Shown: piece after piece, positions 58,813 through 62,046 of the stretch
Layout of the letters: every line of letters begins with the position of its first letter
Position numbering within the stretch: position 1 is the first letter of the stretch
Source of the DNA: an uncultured Parabacteroides sp.
GTDB lineage: Bacteria > Bacteroidota > Bacteroidia > Bacteroidales > Tannerellaceae
Assembly: GCA_964465405.1 (NCBI GenBank)
Contig: CAYXIX010000001.1
Coordinates: 1,858 to 63,903, forward strand
Direction of reading: 5' to 3'
DNA: 62,046 nucleotides
Notes under the pieces: generated by a model
Seen by the model: only the letters and a program-made list of their open reading frames with translations
The model's database searches: none
What the model was told of the DNA's origin: nothing
Program-made: the position numbers and the translations under genes

Positions 58813-58963
58813 GTGCAGGCGGAACCTTTAAACAGATTACTTCAATGACAAATCCGATTACATGGCTGTCGAAGCACTCGCCGGCGTTATTATATGGATA
58901 CAAGGGCGCCGGCGAGTGCTTGGCGACACCATTGAGTTAATATTTGTATTCAAAAAACGGAAG

Positions 58964-60331
58964 ATGAAAACAAAAACAGTATATGTTTGCTCCGACTGCG
59001 GGGCGGAATCGCCGAAGTGGATTGGCAAATGCCCGTCGTGCGGCGCGTGGAACACCTATGTGGAGGAGATTGTGTCGAAAGAGTCTTCGGTGAAACGTTC
59101 ACTCTTTGAAACTGCCGAAAAAGGCAAGGCGCGCCCCGTTCTGCTTCGCGACATCACGGCGATGGAAGAGACGCGCATCGATTTGTGCGACGGCGAGCTG
59201 AACCGCGTCTTGGGGGGCGGGCTGGTGAAGGGTTCGCTTGTTTTGATAGGGGGAGAGCCGGGTATCGGTAAATCGACGCTGGTGTTGCAGACAGTGCTGC
59301 GCCTTACGGGCATCCGTACGCTCTACGTCTCGGGCGAGGAGAGCAGCCGGCAGCTCAAACTCAGGGCCGACCGGCTGGCACACGACAATCCGGATTGTTA
59401 CATCCTGTGCGAAACACGTCTGGAAGAAATTTTCGTGCAAGCGAAGAATTTGCAACCGAATCTTTTGGTTATTGATTCGATACAGACCATTTTTACCGAA
59501 ATGGTTGAGTCTTCGCCGGGCAGCGTCTCGCAGGTGCGTGAATGCAGCGCGGCTATCTTGAAGTTTGCCAAAGAAAGCGGCATCCCGGTTCTTCTGATTG
59601 GGCATATCAACAAGGAGGGAAGCATCGCCGGGCCGAAGGTGTTGGAGCACATAGTCGACACGGTTTTGCAGTTCGAGGGCGACCAGCATTACATGTACCG
59701 CATCCTCCGGAGTATCAAAAACCGCTTCGGGAGTACGGCGGAGTTGGGTATCTATGAAATGCGGCAGGAGGGGCTGCGCGAGGTGAGCAATCCGTCCGAA
59801 TTGCTGCTTACACAAAACCACGAGGGGCTGAGCGGCGTGGCGATTGCGGCTGCCATCGAGGGGATTCGTCCTTTCCTGATAGAAACGCAGGCATTGGTCA
59901 GCTCGGCTGTCTATGGGACGCCACAGCGCAGCGCGACAGGGTTCGACCTTCGGCGGATGAACATGCTGCTTGCCGTTTTGGAAAAGCGGGCAGGCTTCAA
60001 GTTGGTGCAGAAAGATGTGTTCCTCAACATTGCCGGTGGTCTTCGCGTGAACGACCCGGCTACGGATGTGGCGGTTATCAGCGCCGTCCTCTCGTCGAGC
60101 CTCGACATCGCGATTGAGCCGGGCGTCTGCATGGCGGGCGAAGTTGGCTTGTCCGGAGAGATTCGTCCGGTGAACCGCATCGAACAGCGGATTATGGAGG
60201 CTGCCAAGTTGGGATTTACCCGGATATTGGTTCCACATGGGAATTTGAAAGGATTCGATAGGGATATGTGTAAGATTGAAATCATTCAGGTTCGCAAAGT
60301 GGAAGAAGCATTTCGGCAATTATTTGGCTGA
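58964..60331 (+). CDS. radA: DNA repair protein RadA/Sms
   Basis: CxxC..CxxC zinc finger, GEPGIGKST, KNRFG, Lon-like C-terminus; start ATG 58964. Confidence 0.95.
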   Translation: MKTKTVYVCSDCGAESPKWIGKCPSCGAWNTYVEEIVSKESSVKRSLFETAEKGKARPVLLRDITAMEETRIDLCDGELNRVLGGGLVKGSLVLIGGEPGIGKSTLVLQTVLRLTGIRTLYVSGEESSRQLKLRADRLAHDNPDCYILCETRLEEIFVQAKNLQPNLLVIDSIQTIFTEMVESSPGSVSQVRECSAAILKFAKESGIPVLLIGHINKEGSIAGPKVLEHIVDTVLQFEGDQHYMYRILRSIKNRFGSTAELGIYEMRQEGLREVSNPSELLLTQNHEGLSGVAIAAAIEGIRPFLIETQALVSSAVYGTPQRSATGFDLRRMNMLLAVLEKRAGFKLVQKDVFLNIAGGLRVNDPATDVAVISAVLSSSLDIAIEPGVCMAGEVGLSGEIRPVNRIEQRIMEAAKLGFTRILVPHGNLKGFDRDMCKIEIIQVRKVEEAFRQLFG

Positions 60332-60353
60332 AAGAGCATGTAAAGGGGAATTT

Positions 60354-61952
60354 ATGATACGAGAATTACAACTGCGCATATTGCCGGAAGAAGCTGTTAA
60401 TGAACAGTCGTTGAAACGGGTTGCAGCTCGTGAAACAGGAAATTCGGTATCGCAAATTTGGGCGGTCAGGGTCTTAAAACGTTCGGTGGATGCCCGTCAG
60501 CGCGTCATCTTTATCAATCTCAAACTACGTGTTTTCATCAATGAGGAACCGGATGAACCGGAATTCCCTTCAGTGGTCTATCCGGATGTGTCGAAAGGGA
60601 AGGCTGTCATTATTGTAGGGGCTGGACCGGGCGGCCTGTTTGCTGCGTTGCGTTTGATAGAGTTGGGCGTATGCCCGGTGGTGCTCGAACGAGGGAAGAA
60701 CGTGCGCGAGCGAAAACGGGATATTGCACTGATTAGTCGCGAGCACTGCGTGAACAGCGAATCCAATTACAGTTTCGGTGAAGGGGGAGCCGGCGCTTAT
60801 TCCGACGGGAAGCTGTACACGCGGAGCAAGAAGCGAGGCTCTGTCGAGAAGATATTGCAGGTCTTTTGCCAGTTTGGAGCCAGTACCTCCATCCTTTCGG
60901 ACGCTCATCCGCACATCGGGACGGATAAGTTGCCGCGTGTCATCGAGCAGATGCGCGAACAGATTATTCGTTCGGGCGGCAAAGTGCATTTCGAGACCCG
61001 CATGGATGCGCTGCTTATCCGCAATGGCGACGAGGTCGTGGGCGTGGAAACGCATGACGGGACGCAGTTTTACGGCCCGGTTATTCTGGCAACAGGACAT
61101 TCGGCGCGCGATGTTTATCGATATCTCTATGCCAAACAGATTCCGATTGAAGCCAAAGGAATCGCCGTCGGCGTGCGTTTGGAGCACCCGCAACGGCTAA
61201 TCGACCAAATCCAATATCACTGGAAAGAGGGGCGTGGCGATTATTTGCCGGCAGCCGAGTACAGTTTTGTCACGCAGGTGGCCGGGCGTGGGGTCTATTC
61301 CTTCTGCATGTGTCCGGGAGGTTTTGTCGTTCCGGCGGCAAGCGGGCCCCGTCAGGTGGTTGTCAACGGCATGTCTCCATCCAATCGGGGTTCGCGTTGG
61401 GCGAATTCGGGGATGGTGGTAGAAATTCATCCGGAGGATTGCCAATCTTTATTTTCGCCGGAGATGCGGAATATGGAAAGCGACATCGTATTGGATTCAC
61501 CGTTAGCTCTAATGGCTTTTCAAGAGAAGTTGGAAGAGTTGTGTTGGTTGAATGGCGGGATGAAGCAAACGGCGCCGGCCCAGCGAATGTTTGATTTTGT
61601 CCAGAAAAAGAATTCTTCGACGCTTCCCGTTTCTTCTTATACGCCGGGACTGTTGGCTTCGCCGTTGCATTTCTGGATGCCTGCTTTTATTGTGGATCGT
61701 TTGCGGGAGGGATTTCGTTATTTCGGAAAAGTTTCCAAAGGCTTTCTGACGAATGAAGCCGTGATGATAGGTGTCGAGACGCGCACTTCTGCTCCCGTCC
61801 GCATCTTGCGCGACCGGGAAACTTGCCAGCATGTCACGCTGAAAGGGCTTTTTCCTTGTGGCGAAGGAGCCGGTTATGCTGGTGGAATCGTCTCGGCAGC
61901 CATTGACGGGGAACGGTGCGCGGAGAATGCGGCGGAATGGTTGGAAAGGTAA
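60354..61952 (+). CDS. FAD-dependent oxidoreductase (COG2509-like)
   Basis: GAGPGG, FGEGGAG..SDGKL, FCMCPGG, GVETRTS, GEGAGYAGGIVSAA; start ATG 60354. Confidence 0.87.
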   Translation: MIRELQLRILPEEAVNEQSLKRVAARETGNSVSQIWAVRVLKRSVDARQRVIFINLKLRVFINEEPDEPEFPSVVYPDVSKGKAVIIVGAGPGGLFAALRLIELGVCPVVLERGKNVRERKRDIALISREHCVNSESNYSFGEGGAGAYSDGKLYTRSKKRGSVEKILQVFCQFGASTSILSDAHPHIGTDKLPRVIEQMREQIIRSGGKVHFETRMDALLIRNGDEVVGVETHDGTQFYGPVILATGHSARDVYRYLYAKQIPIEAKGIAVGVRLEHPQRLIDQIQYHWKEGRGDYLPAAEYSFVTQVAGRGVYSFCMCPGGFVVPAASGPRQVVVNGMSPSNRGSRWANSGMVVEIHPEDCQSLFSPEMRNMESDIVLDSPLALMAFQEKLEELCWLNGGMKQTAPAQRMFDFVQKKNSSTLPVSSYTPGLLASPLHFWMPAFIVDRLREGFRYFGKVSKGFLTNEAVMIGVETRTSAPVRILRDRETCQHVTLKGLFPCGEGAGYAGGIVSAAIDGERCAENAAEWLER

Positions 61953-62007
61953 TTAGTAAAAAATGTATGCGTATTCACTTACTTTTGACTATAACTTTTG
62001 AAGTTCT

Positions 62008-62033
62008 AAACCCACTCATTGCAAGTGGGTTTA
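62008..62033. terminator. Probable terminator hairpin
   Basis: AAACCCACT-CATTGCA-AGTGGGTTT. Confidence 0.55.
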
Positions 62034-62046
62034 TTGTTATTTATGC

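Noticed and set aside
22494-60331. mutS2, recQ, comEC and radA as an anti-phage or competence island
   Set aside because: They are dispersed core genes in separate transcription units with no defence-type partners.
58862-60353. Upstream extended starts for radA (58862) and the FAD oxidoreductase (60276)
   Set aside because: The extensions cover an inverted repeat or overlap radA; family-typical N-termini begin at 58964 and 60354.

Overview
Chromosomal window from a Bacteroidales bacterium (Parabacteroides/Tannerellaceae-like, inferred from gene content and recurrent TAnnTTTG promoters). It is mostly housekeeping DNA: a V/A-type ATPase operon (E, C-like, A, B, D, I, K), an S9 peptidase, a co-oriented minus-strand run (anSME radical SAM, tldD, pmbA, menD, two DUF3857/transglutaminase-like genes), mutS2, grpE-dnaJ, a COG0523 GTPase, clpB, recQ, a dipeptidase, PNP, three tRNAs (Gly-GCC, Leu-CAG, Leu-GAG), an ECF sigma factor, rpe, comEC, an RprXY-like two-component system, kbl with an SDR-type threonine dehydrogenase, and radA. 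I saw no CRISPR array, integrase, transposase or prophage gene. The most unusual part is the ~1.25 kb gene-free interval 56426-57674. It holds two paralogous terminated small-RNA candidates whose identical core is antisense to a typical Bacteroidetes start-codon region. Between them lies a minus-strand transcript with two mutually complementary terminator-ended stem-loop modules (c4-antisense-like architecture) upstream of a 16-codon ORF. Other features missed by the ORF track are a 41-bp-period palindromic tandem array (11804-12008), a 55-aa small ORF after the ECF sigma gene, heptamer inverted repeats, a sigma54-like promoter with an adjacent palindrome before clpB, and three gene remnants. 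All functional calls come from motif recognition by eye; no database searches were run.
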